From positions 143,778 through 207,777 of the forward strand of contig OZ287716.1 in assembly GCA_965649825.1 (NCBI GenBank): a stretch of DNA of 64,000 nucleotides, written 5' to 3'. The position numbers and the translations under genes are program-made. The stretch comes from Penicillus capitatus (lineage: Eukaryota; Plantae; Chlorophyta). This document shows, in pieces, positions 40,040 to 50,661 of this stretch. Position 1 is the stretch's first letter. Each line of letters begins with the position of its first letter. The notes under the pieces are model-generated. The model was not told the DNA's origin, did not search any database, and saw nothing but the letters and a program-made list of their open reading frames with translations.

Positions 40040-40880
40040 AGGTAAGACGCCCATTGTTGCCTCCACTGTCAGCCAGAGCGGTCGGATGGCCTCCAGTGAC
40101 GGCCAGAGCGGTCGCCAGACAAAGAACTAGGCACCCACGGCGAATTCCCGCGGGCGCCAGACTGAGGTTTAGGCGCCCACGACAGCCTCCAATAGCCGCC
40201 AGACTTAGGGCTAGGCGCCCATGACGGACTCCAGCGGAAGCCAGAATGAGGACTATGCGCCACGACGGCCTCTTTTGGCCGTCAGATGTCAGGTAGGACG
40301 CCGCCACGACGGCCTTTGGTCGCTGAGAAGGCCTCCAGTAGCAGCATGAGAGCAGGATGCCGCCACGACGGCCTCTCTTGGACGCCAGATGTCGGTCAGA
40401 GATCATCGCTGACGGCCTCTTTTGGCCGTCAGACGTCAGGTAGGACGCCGCCACGACGGCCTTTGGTCGGTGAGAAGGCCTCCAGTAGCAGCGTGAGAGC
40501 AGGATGCCGCCACGACGGCCTCTCTTGGACGCCAGATGTCGGTCAGAGATCATCTCTGACGGCCTCTTTTGGCCGTCAGACGTCAGGTAGGACGCCGCCA
40601 CGACGGCCTTTGGTCGCTGAGAAGGCCTCCAGTAGCAGCGTGAGAGCAGGATGCCGCCACGACGGCCTCTCTTGGCCGCCAGATGTCGGTCAGAGATCAT
40701 CTCTGACGGCCTCTTTTGGCCGTCAGACGTCAGGTAGGACGCCGCCACGACGGCCTTTGGTCGCTGAGAAGGCCTCCAGTAGCAGCGGGAGATTGAGTAG
40801 GACGCCCATGGCGGCCTTTGCGCCGCCGCCAGACGTCAGGTAGGACGCCCATGGCTGCATCCAGTGTCGGCCAGATCGGT
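40040..40880. repeat. Hairpin-monomer array including about 3.6 copies of a 147-bp unit
   Basis: GGCCTCTTTTGGCCGTCAGA recurs at 40267, 40414, 40561 and 40708. Confidence 0.95.
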
Positions 40881-40943
40881 AAGTAGAACCCCCATGATGC
40901 AATTTTCTCTCCAATCACAGCGTGACCATAATCAGATTATGTA

Positions 40944-41626
40944 GGTCGGTCTCGACAGCCTCAGCTTCAGCAGCAGCAACACATCAGACAGCTATTCCAG
41001 GTCGGCCTCCATAGACTCAGCAGCAGCAACACATCAGACAGGTAATCCAGGTCGGCCTCGACAGCCTCGGCAGCAGCAACACATCAGACAGCTATTCCAG
41101 GTCGGTTTTGGCATCCTCGGCAGCAGCAACACATCAGACAGGTAATCCAGGTCGACCTCCATAGACTCAGCAGCAGCAACACATCAGACAGGTAATCCAG
41201 GTCGGCCTCGACAGCCTCGGCAGCAGCAACACATCAGACAGGTAATCCAGGTCGACCTCCATAGACTCAGCAGCAGCAACACATCAGACAGGTAATCCAG
41301 GTCGGCCTCGACAGCCTCGGCAGCAGCAACACATCAGACAGGTAATCCAGGTCGGTTTTGGCATCCTCGGCAGCAGCAACACATCAGACAGGTAATCCAG
41401 GTCGACCTCCATAGACTCAGCAGCAGCAACACATCAGACAGGTAATCCAGGTCGACCTCCATAGACTCAGCAGCAGCAACACATCAGACAGGTAATCCAG
41501 GTCGGCCTCGACAGCCTCGGCAGCAGCAACACATCAGACAGGTAATCCAGGTCGGTATCGGCAGCCTCGGCAGCAGCAACACATCAGACAGCTATTCCAG
41601 GTCGGTCTCGACAGCCTCAGCAGCAG
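40944..41626. repeat. 50-bp minisatellite, 13 full units with interspersed variant alleles
   Basis: CAGCAGCAACACATCAGACA at 40971, 41021 and so on to 41571, exactly 50 bp apart. Confidence 0.97.
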
Positions 41627-41829
41627 TATCATTATCAAACAGGTAAAAAACACGCCAGCCTCCTTAGAGCAAAACAGCAGATTTAGCACAGCCTCCATGA
41701 AAAAACACAGCAAATGGTCTTCTACACCCTCTATGCAAAAGCCAGCCAACACAGAGCCAACCACAACAAAGCGATGGTGGAATGGCAGAAAGCATCACAA
41801 GAAAATAAAGTCCCTTTTTTATTTTTTTT

Positions 41830-41850
41830 TGTCACACTTTTAGTGTGACA
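41830..41850. other. Palindrome TGTCACACT-ttt-AGTGTGACA in an AT-rich tract
   Basis: Perfect 9-bp stem, 94 nt downstream of the proline-rich gene stop. Conserved in all three copies. Confidence 0.85.
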
Positions 41851-41943
41851 TTTTTTTGTTTTTTTGTTTTTAAATTTTCTTTGCTCAAAGAAAACAGCTT
41901 GAAAAAACTCAGAAGATCTGGATCTGCCCCCACCCTATTTGTC

Positions 41944-43153
41944 CTAGTTCTGGATAGAAACCTACACAAAAACATTAGGTATAAGAGAGAAAAGAAGGAA
42001 ATTGACTTACGCATTGTCCCGACATAAAAAATAGTCGTTGCGGGATGACCGGCGGACAAATCTGTACACATTGGCCCGACAGAAAATACGGACGTGGATG
42101 GAATCCACCCGATCTGACAGAAAAGATAAAGGGACGGGGAGGAATGGGAGGTGGCTGATTAAGAGAGAAGAGGGATGTCCGTATAGGAAAGGGAGGCGGA
42201 CGCGCAGGCAGGGAGAAAAGTAAGGGACGAGAGGGGATTAAGGGCGGAGGCGATGCAGGAATACAAAATACACTAGGCCGTTGGGGAAACAAGGAAGAGT
42301 GGACAGGTTGGCAGGAGGCAGGAGACTGGACAGGCTGCGGAAAGGGAAGAGGGGACCATTCCATACGGGGAGACTGGGAGGCTGGCGACTGTGGCGTCTG
42401 GGGAAAAGAAGAAGCAGACCACTCCATGTGTGGCAGCTGAGAGGCTAGCGACTCCGGCGACTGCGACTCCTGCGGGACAGAAAGAGGAACAGACTGGGAG
42501 GCAGGCTGCTGGACAGGGTAAGAGAAGGCAGGCTGGCCAGAAGCAGGCTGCGAGACTGGTGTCGGCGCGGCAGGCTGCGTGGCCGCCGGAGGCCCGGTCG
42601 GCTGAGAGGATGACGGCGGCGATGGTGGACGCGCGGGAGGCGGCTGAGCAGCAGGCTGGCCCTCTTGGGCCAACCGCGCTTGCCTCTCCGCGGCCGAAAG
42701 GACCCTTGCCCTCCGCCCGGGCCGAGGCTGTGCGCGTTGGTCCCTATTGGGACCAAAGCGCACAGGAGGGGTCTGAGCAGCCACGTGCTCCTGACCCCTC
42801 AGTGCGGTCGATTGGGCCTTGAGGTCCCAATACAACCGCACCCTCGCGGCCTCGTCCAGGCCCACGAAGGCCCTGGGTGGATGATTGCCCAGGACCTCCC
42901 CTAAGGTCACCTGGGCGAAGCTACAGAACACACAAAGGTTAGACAACCCTAGAAGAACAGGGCGGCAGCGCATTGTCGGTAACGTGTAACCGCCATCGTC
43001 TGGACGGCAGCCAGACGCTTCCATGTGCTCAGCAAGCTCCAGGATGCAGTCGAAGAGCTCTGTAGCGCGCGGCGCGTCGAAGCATGGGTAGAGGACTCAC
43101 GGTTTGCCCGGGTAGCCGTAATCGTCCTCAGAATTCATGTGTGCGTCAGACAT
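41944..43153 (-). CDS. Proline-rich orphan protein, copy 1, spliced
   Basis: Exon 1 MSDAHMNSEDDYGYPGKP followed by a GTGAGT donor. Long P/Q-rich exon. Terminal intron 41962-42010 (GTAAGT...TAG), then an 18-nt last exon VSIQN*. Confidence 0.75.
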
Positions 43154-43238
43154 CGTCCTTGGAATACCTCGCAGAGAACAACAGAAGGACTCGGAAAACA
43201 GAACGCAGGAACTCGGAAACTCGAGTGCGGAAGGCTCG

Positions 43239-43333
43239 GCGACAGGACCTTTATAGGCCGCCTCGGTTGCCGAGCGCGACCTGCGGTTGGCGGCTGGGAA
43301 CCGTGGCAGTTTGGCGGCGCTGCATGCGCCGCC
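43239..43333 (-). promoter_or_regulatory. Conserved promoter block: TATAAA (43255-43250) plus two palindromes
   Basis: 58 nt identical to 53082-53139. Palindromes CTCGG-ttg-CCGAG and GGCGGCGC-tgcat-GCGCCGCC (43313-43333). Confidence 0.7.
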
Positions 43334-43433
43334 GGACAAAGAATCGGCCGCCAGACCCCTAGAGACGCAGAGTACTGTCGTCGGGATGCGCGACGTGAAA
43401 GGGAGAACGCTTCTGGCAGCTTAGCGAAGTGTT

Positions 43434-44600
43434 TTACAAGAGAAATTCCTTACAGTTTGTCTGTGTGCCACGCTCTGTGTGTAACGCGCATGCGTTCTCT
43501 GCGGCCGTTTCGACGCGGATCTCCGAACGGCAAACCGCTCGACTCAGCTCCGCGTTGTCCGAGCAGAGGAACGCGGCGGGCGTTCTCTCTTGCAGAAGCG
43601 GCACGGACTCTACGTCTGGACGGCCGTCTGTTTCGGGCGTCTCCGTCGCAAACGCCGTCGACAGGGCGTTCTGCGCGGTGTAACGCGAATCGGTTCAATG
43701 AACTGTCGACGGCCCTAACTCCCTCGAACATGGAAGGCCGAACCAGACGACGCCCTGCGAGAACCGGACGGCCACGGAGTCGTCGTTTCGGTTCGTGCTC
43801 GCGCACAGCCTCGAGGGGGTGCTTTGGAGGACGCCGTTCGCTCCAACTAGCGAAGTTCTATCGCATTGTGTGGCTGCTGTGCATGATTGCTGCTCTGTCT
43901 GCGAAGCCATCGATCAGGCAGCTTCGAGAGCAACTTGTGCGATGGCACTGTTGATCGCGGTCTGGGCCAGTTGCGATCCAATGCTATCGCCTTCTTTCCG
44001 GCATGTTCTCTATTCTGCAGAGTTCACTAAAGCGGTGGATCACGACTGGAAAGGGATGGTATGCTGCTGCGTCCTCGTTGGAATCGTCCATGCCGTTCCG
44101 TTCTTGTGTCTGGCGAGTTCTGATTTTATGAGGGCTGCGACGGAGAACGTCCGTCTTCTGTTCAGAGACCACTTGTCGAAGATCTCTGTAATGAAAGACG
44201 AATAACTGCCGCCGAGTATTCTGCGCGAGCGGGGCGTTCTAGGACGATGTCGTCAGCGCCGGCGATGTTCTCTTGTGCGGCAAATGCACTGTGGTACGCG
44301 TAAACGACACACTCTGCAGTCACGCCCGCTCTTGGCCCTGCCGTCTGGACCAGCGACTCGGCATTCCTCACAGAGCGCCGAGATGCCTGTCAACGTCGAC
44401 GCGTTGGATCGAATCCGATGGATGCATTCGCGTAGCAAAGCGTCCTCAAAACCGGTGCTAGAGATAACGCACACTGAGTGACGCGCTCTGCAGTCGATCC
44501 AACGATTTCGGATGAGAGAGAGAGAGTTTGCTCGCGACGAATGTGCGCACCGACGGAGTGCGACTGTCCGCTCCTCGATTTTCCGGCTGGCAAATCGGGG
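43434..44600 (-). CDS. Second orphan spliced gene of the unit, copy 1; only the last exon (43434-43670) is well supported, upstream part possibly degenerate
   Basis: 49-nt GT-AG intron at 43671-43719 and a 237-nt last exon open in both copies with the same stop position and many synonymous differences. Confidence 0.45.
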
Positions 44601-45527
44601 CGAGATAGAAGGGGATGATGCCTGCCGTGGATTCAGACCCTACACTTCGACGCTGCTGCGCGAGCACGATGCTCAGAGAACTGACGGACGTGGATTCGAC
44701 GCGCGAATGCGCGTCAAGTACTCTGCCTTGCCACTACCGTGCGTCGTTGTGGACTGTGGCAGCTGCCCGCCGTCAGTTTCATCGTCCTCCTCACTGGTGT
44801 CAGTGATCTCTCAATACATCTATATGCGGACTGCGCTGTACGCCTGAGCATCTTACGCTTTGCGTCTGTGCCTTTCAATTAAATCCGCGTCGTGCTTGCG
44901 TGCTTTCTTCATCTGTACTTGTTCTTCGGAAAGCAGTAGCCCAGAGCAAGCTCTTAATCTATCACTGTAATACAGGCGATCGGCGAGGAAAGAAGACCTC
45001 GCTGTTCGCCAATCAACAAGTTGTCTTCTCCTCGACACGACACGACGGCAACAGATGCCTGAGCTGCATCGCATTCCACGGCTAGGACAGCTCGCTCGCA
45101 GACGTGACCAGGTGCCGTTTTATTCAGCAACCGATATATCACTGGGCGGAGCACGAGGGAAAGAGCGAACTCTGAACATGTGACGGGCGTCACTGGCCAT
45201 CGACACAGTCGTGCTCTTGTCAGGAGATGCATGCTCATCTTGCCTTCGATACATTTTGAAGATTCATCCGGCGTTGCATTACGGTCGACCAGTCAGACGT
45301 TTGTCGCGTCTGGCATCTTGCTGTTTACGGCATCTTGCGCGTCTGCATATGCAATCCAGGGAAGCCTGCCTGTATGTAAACTTCTCGAGGCATCTTTGCT
45401 CGGTATCCATTCCAACACACAAAGATGCGTATTGGCGACAAAAAATGAGAAGCTTCTGAAGTGCGAAACTGCAAGGTAACCGCATGCAATGCTTTAATAA
45501 ACGAACGGGTGCTCTTCGTTGTAACAG

Positions 45528-46250
45528 TGTCTGCGGCTGCTGCTTTGTGTCCTCCGCCAGAAATCTCGTGACTATTACTGCGACGCTTGTCTGTGCAATT
45601 ACCAACATCCTGTGCCCTTTCACCGACACCTGGCCACGCGCCGCCACCTGTCTCCGCGTTCAGAGATGTCTCTTGCGCAAGGTCTGACGCAAAAGTGGCG
45701 TGCTCTTGCCTGAGACTGCGTTATGTCGCTGCACAGTGATTCTACTGCTGTGCGCTGTCCTTCTCGCGTCGGTTGCCGCCGAAGATCGGGCGGGACCTTT
45801 CTTTTGTCTCGCGCCGCCGGAGGGCGACTGGTTCGTCGAGCACCACTTCCGCCCGGACCTGGCAATGATACCATCGTGCTGCAGGCACACAGCATTCTGA
45901 AGCTCCGAAAGGAAGCCACGCCATACGTGTACACAGGTGAGGGGAGCATCTCTAATTGACGTGGAAACCACCGAATCGGTTTTTGCATTCTAGGCAACGG
46001 TGCGGGCATCTGGACTAATCCCCAGAGTCCCCTGTTCCCAGCGAACACTCCTTTGACATGCAAACTGATAAAACTCTTCAATACGGACAAATGCGTCCTG
46101 TCCGGAGCGATGTTCAATCTTGAAACGACGGCTGTGGATGCAGCTCTCTGGATATACGACGGCGAGAAGCTGAGCGGTTCATTCACCGCGAGGCATAACG
46201 GATCTGTGATGCTCACCGCACTGAGTCATCATGTTATCTATCCCCTTTGA
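45528..46250 (+). CDS. Matrin/U1-type C2H2 zinc-finger protein, copy A, spliced; 5' exons unresolved
   Basis: Exon after the intron ending at 45527 reads YYCDACLCNYQHPVPFHRHLATRRH (C-x2-C-x12-H-x5-H, 45573-45647). A 57-nt GTGAG...CTAG intron absorbs the in-frame TGA. The last exon shows mostly synonymous changes versus copy B. Confidence 0.7.
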
Positions 46251-47009
46251 CTCGATTGCTGAGATATATGCCGGTTCGCTCATCAGTTTTCATCTTGCTT
46301 CTCCACGCAGCAGCCATTACTGCCCCATTGTTATGCTTTGTTGCTGTTAATCAGGTTGCCGAAAGATGCTGACCCAGATGCATACCGACGACTGAAGCAA
46401 GGAACCGCAGTCGGTTGTCGTGCGCATCGAGTTCCTATTCATCGATGACTGGATGAGCGAGCGTACTTTCAGCTGGCACAGTCTACGACAGCCAATTCCT
46501 GCATTTTCTAAGAGTGCAAAGTTGCTCCTGATGTTGCGAACTGTTCTTCATCAGGTCGATATACCTTGTCCATTCTGACGCTGTGTTTCTGATTGTTTGC
46601 ATACGGAAGCCGGCACACGTACATTGAACGTTGACATCGCACACATTACACCATACAAATATTGTAAAAGTCGACACCGTTTCAAGATTTCTTTGTTGCA
46701 TTTCGACGCAAATCAGAACGAAAGACTCTTCACAAGTGCAGCATCTTCAAAGCTGACCAGATCTAGAACGACAGAAAGGTCAGAGATCCGAACAACGAAC
46801 AAAGGGAAGGACTCACTATCTTCATGTCACTGAACGATTCAACGGCATCTCCTTGGTATAGACAGCCTTCAAGGCGACAGTACACTGGCCTTGCCTCAGA
46901 ATAGGCGACCAGTGAAACAGATCTTTCGGCAAAGAAAAAAGACTTTATAGCAACGACACAAGCAAAATGACATACATCCTCCGGGACAGACAGACATCGA
47001 CAAGGATGT

Positions 47010-49740
47010 CCACGACGGCGTCTCCCAGCCGCCAGATGTGGGCAGGACATCGCTGACGGCCTCCACTGGCCGCCAGACAATAGGGCTAGGCGCCCACGAC
47101 GGACTCCAGCGGACGCCAGAATGAGGGCTAGGCGCCCCGACGGCTTCTCCAGCAACCGCCAGACGTCAGGAGGACATCGCTGACGGCGTCCACTGGCCGC
47201 CAGACATGGGGCTAGGTGCCCACAACGGTTTTTCTCAGCCGCCAGATGTCGAGAAGATGATGGCTGACGGCCTCCACTGGCCGCCAGACATGGGGCTAGG
47301 TGCCCACGACGGCCTCTCCCAGCCGCCAGATGTGGGCAGGCGATCGCTGACGGCCTCCAGTGGTCGCCAGACAATAGGGCTAGGCGCCCACGACGGACTC
47401 CAGCGGACGCCAGAATGAGGGCTAGGCGCCCCGACGGCTTCTCCAGCAGCCGCCAGACGTCGGGAGGACATCGCTGACGGCCTCCACTGGCCGCCAGACA
47501 AAGGGCAAGGCGCCCACGACGGCCTGTCTCAGCCGCCAGATGTCGGGAAGATGATGGCTGACGGCCTCCACTGGCCGCCAGACATGGGGCTAGGTGCCAA
47601 CGACGGCCTCTCCCAGCCGCCAGATGTCGGGAAGATGATGGCTGACGGACTCCACTGGCCGCCAGACATGGGGCTAGGTGCCCACAACGGCCTCTCCCAG
47701 CCGCCAGAATGAGGGCTAGGCGCCCCGACGGCTTCTCCAGCAGCCGCCAGACGTCGGGAGGACATCGCTGACGGCCTCCACTGGCCGCCAGACAAAGGGC
47801 AAGGCGCCCACGACGGCTTGTCTCAGCCGCCAGATGTCGGGAAGATGATGGCTGACGGCCTCCACTGGCCGCCAGACAAAGGGCAAGGCGCCCACAACGG
47901 CTTTTCTCAGCAGCCAGATGTCGGGAAGATGATGGCTGACGGCCTCCACTGGCCGCCAGACATGGGGCTAGGTGCCCACAACGGCTTGTCTCAGCCGCCA
48001 GATGTCGGGAAGATGATGGCTGACGGCCTCCACTGGCCGCCAGACATGGGGCTAGGTGCCCACAACGGCTTGTCTCAGCCGCCAGATGTCGGGAAGATGA
48101 TGGCTGACGGCCTCCAGTGGTCGCCAGACAATAGGGCTAGGCGCCCACGACGGACTCCAGCGGACGCCAGAATGAGGGCTAGGCGCCCCGACGGCTTCTC
48201 CAGCAGCCGCCAGACGTCGGGAGGACATCGCTGACGGCCTCCACTGGCCGCCAGACAAAGGGCAAGGCGCCCACGACGGCCTGTCTCAGCCGCCAGATGT
48301 CGGGAAGATGATGGCTGACGGCCTCCACTGGCCGCCAGACATGGGGCTAGGTGCCAACGACGGCCTCTCCCAGCCGCCAGATGTCGGGAAGATGATGGCT
48401 GACGGACTCCACTGGCCGCCAGACATGGGGCTAGGTGCCCACAACGGCCTCTCCCAGCCGCCAGAATGAGGGCTAGGCGCCCCGACGGCTTCTCCAGCAG
48501 CCGCCAGACGTCGGGAGGACATCGCTGACGGCCTCCACTGGCCGCCAGACAAAGGGCAAGGCGCCCACGACGGCTTGTCTCAGCCGCCAGATGTCGGGAA
48601 GATGATGGCTGACGGCCTCCACTGGCCGCCAGACAAAGGGCAAGGCGCCCACAACGGCTTTTCTCAGCAGCCAGATGTCGGGAAGATGATGGCTGACGGC
48701 CTCCACTGGCCGCCAGACATGGGGCTAGGTGCCCACAACGGCTTGTCTCAGCCGCCAGATGTCGGGAAGATGATGGCTGACGGCCTCCACTGGCCGCCAG
48801 ACATGGGGCTAGGTGCCCACGACGGCCTCTCCCAGCCGCCAGATGTAGTCAGGCCATCGCTGACGGCCTCCAGTGGTCGCCAGACAATAGGGCTAGGCGC
48901 CCACGACGGACTCTAGCGGACGCCAGAATGAGGGCTAGGCGCCCCGACGGCTTCTCCAGCAGCCGCCAGATGTCGAGAAGATGATGGCTGACGGCCTCCA
49001 CTGGCCGCCAGACATGGGGCTAGGTGCCAACGACGGCCTCTCCCAGCCGCCAGATGTCGGGAAGATGATGGCTGACGGACTCCACTGGCCGCCAGACATG
49101 GGGCTAGGTGCCCACAACGGCCTCTCCCAGCCGCCAGAATGAGGGCTAGGCGCCCCGACGGCTTCTCCAGCAGCCGCCAGACGTCGGGAGGACATCGCTG
49201 ACGGCCTCCACTGGCCGCCAGACAAAGGGCAAGGCGCCCACGACGGCTTGTCTCAGCCGCCAGATGTCGGGAAGATGATGGCTGACGGCCTCCACTGGCC
49301 GCCAGACATGGGGCTAGGTGCCCACAACGGCTTGTCTCAGCCGCCAGATGTCGGGAAGATGATGGCTGACGGCCTCCACTGGCCGCCAGACATGGGGCTA
49401 GGTGCCCACGACGGCCTCTCCCAGCCGCCAGATGTAGTCAGGCCATCGCTGACGGCCTCCAGTGGTCGCCAGACAATAGGGCTAGGCGCCCACGACGGAC
49501 TCTAGCGGACGCCAGAATGAGGGCTAGGCGCCCCGACGGCTTCTCCAGCAGCCGCCAGATGTCGAGAAGATGATGGCTGACGGCCTCCACTGGCCGCCAG
49601 ACAAAGGGCAAGGCGCCCACGACGGCTTCTCCCAGCCGCCAGATGTCGGGAAGATGATGGCCGACGGCCTCCACTGGCCGCCAGACGTTGTGCAGGAGAT
49701 CCACGACGGCCTCCACTGGCCGTCAAACGTCAAATAGGAA
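47010..49740. repeat. Array of about 39-bp hairpin monomers (ACGGCCTC-N-GCCGCCAGA core) with a 757-bp higher-order repeat
   Basis: Block starting at 47521 recurs at 48278 (offset 757). A further partial repeat lies at offset 673. Confidence 0.95.
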
Positions 49741-49772
49741 GCCGCCACGACGGCCTTCGGTCGCTGAGAAGG

Positions 49773-49985
49773 CCTCCAGTAGCAGCGGGAGATAGAGCAG
49801 GATGCCGCCACGACATTCCTCCAGTAGCAGCGGGAGATAGAGCAGGATGCCGCCACGACATTCCTCCAGTAGCAGCGGGAGATAGAGCAGGATGCCGCCA
49901 CGACATTCCTCCAGTAGCAGCGGGAGATAGAGCAGGATGCCGCCACGACATTCATCCAGTAGCAGCGGGAGATAGAGCAGGACGC
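49773..49985. repeat. 45-bp minisatellite, about 4.7 copies
   Basis: CCTCCAGTAGCAGCGGGAGATAGAGCAGGATGCCGCCACGACATT at 49773, 49818, 49863 and 49908. Confidence 0.95.
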
Positions 49986-50655
49986 TTAAGACGGCCTTTG
50001 CGCCGCCAGACGTCAAGTAGGACGCCGCCACGACGGCCTTTGATCGCTGAGAAGGTCTCCAGTAGCAACGTGAGAGCAGGATGCCGCCACGACGGCCTCT
50101 CTTGGCCGCCAGATGTCGGTCAGGACGCCGCCACGACGGCCTTTGGTCGCTGACAAGGCCTCCAGTAGCAGCGGGAGATAGAGTAGGTCGCCCAAGACGG
50201 CCTTGCGCCGCCGCTAGACGTCAGGTCGGACGCCCAAGACGGCCCTCGGTCGCTGAGAAGGCATCCAGTAGCAGCGGGAGATAGAGCAGGACGCTTAAGA
50301 CGGTCTCCACTGGCCGCCAGACAAAGGGCTAGGTGCCCACGACGGCCTTCAATAGCCGCCAGATGTCGGATAGGTCATCGTCGAGGGCCTCTCTCAGCCG
50401 CCAGAGAAAGGGCTAGGCGCCCACGGCGAACTCTAGCGGCCGCTAATGTCGGGCAGGTCATCGCCGACGGCCTCTCTCAGCCGCCAGACGTTGTGCAGGT
50501 GATCTATGACGGACTCTCTTGGCCGCCAGTCGTCAGGAAGATCATCGCTGACGGCCTCCATTGGCCGCCAGCAAGCAGGTAGGAAGTTGACGACGGCTTC
50601 CACCAGCCGCCAGACGTTGTGCAGGTGATCCACGACGGCCTCCACTAGCCGCCAT
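49986..50655. repeat. Mixed hairpin-monomer array sharing monomer types with copies 1 and 3
   Basis: Units such as CGGCCTTTGaTCGCTGAGAAGG (copy-1 type) and GGCTAGGCGCCCACGGCGAACTC (copy-3 type). Confidence 0.85.
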
Positions 50656-50661
50656 CAAGCA

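Larger units (their letters stand above)
40040..44690. mobile_element. Unclassified repeated multi-gene unit, copy 1 (lacks the zinc-finger arm)
   Basis: Homologous to about 47.0-54.5 kb and 60.6-64.0 kb: same order of arrays, palindrome, proline-rich gene, TATA block and orphan gene. Mobility itself is inferred, not shown. Confidence 0.6.

Noticed and set aside
40944-41626. CRISPR array (constant repeat plus variable spacer)
   Set aside because: Variable segments recur, are mutually related and are only about 20 nt. No cas genes are present and the context is eukaryotic.
43313-43362. Helitron 3' terminus (GC hairpin followed by CTAG)
   Set aside because: CTAG at 43359 is about 25 nt from the hairpin, is CCAG in copy 2, and homology continues on both sides, so it is not an end.
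44253-44474. Cys-rich minus ORF (CEEC...CRVC...CIC) as a zinc finger
   Set aside because: Copy 2 has a stop and loses several cysteines in this frame, and another frame shows more synonymous changes.
45620-46216. 198-aa minus-strand ORF over the ZnF gene
   Set aside because: Interrupted by a stop in the 59.5-kb copy, and between-copy changes are synonymous in the + frame instead.
46483-46701. WCNVCD as a second zinc finger
   Set aside because: No downstream His or Cys pair in frame. It probably lies in an intron starting GTATGG.
47010-50655. CRISPR or REP/BIME interpretation of the palindromic 39-bp units
   Set aside because: Inter-hairpin segments come from a small reused library and there is no cas or RAYT/TnpA gene. 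Treated as a minisatellite.
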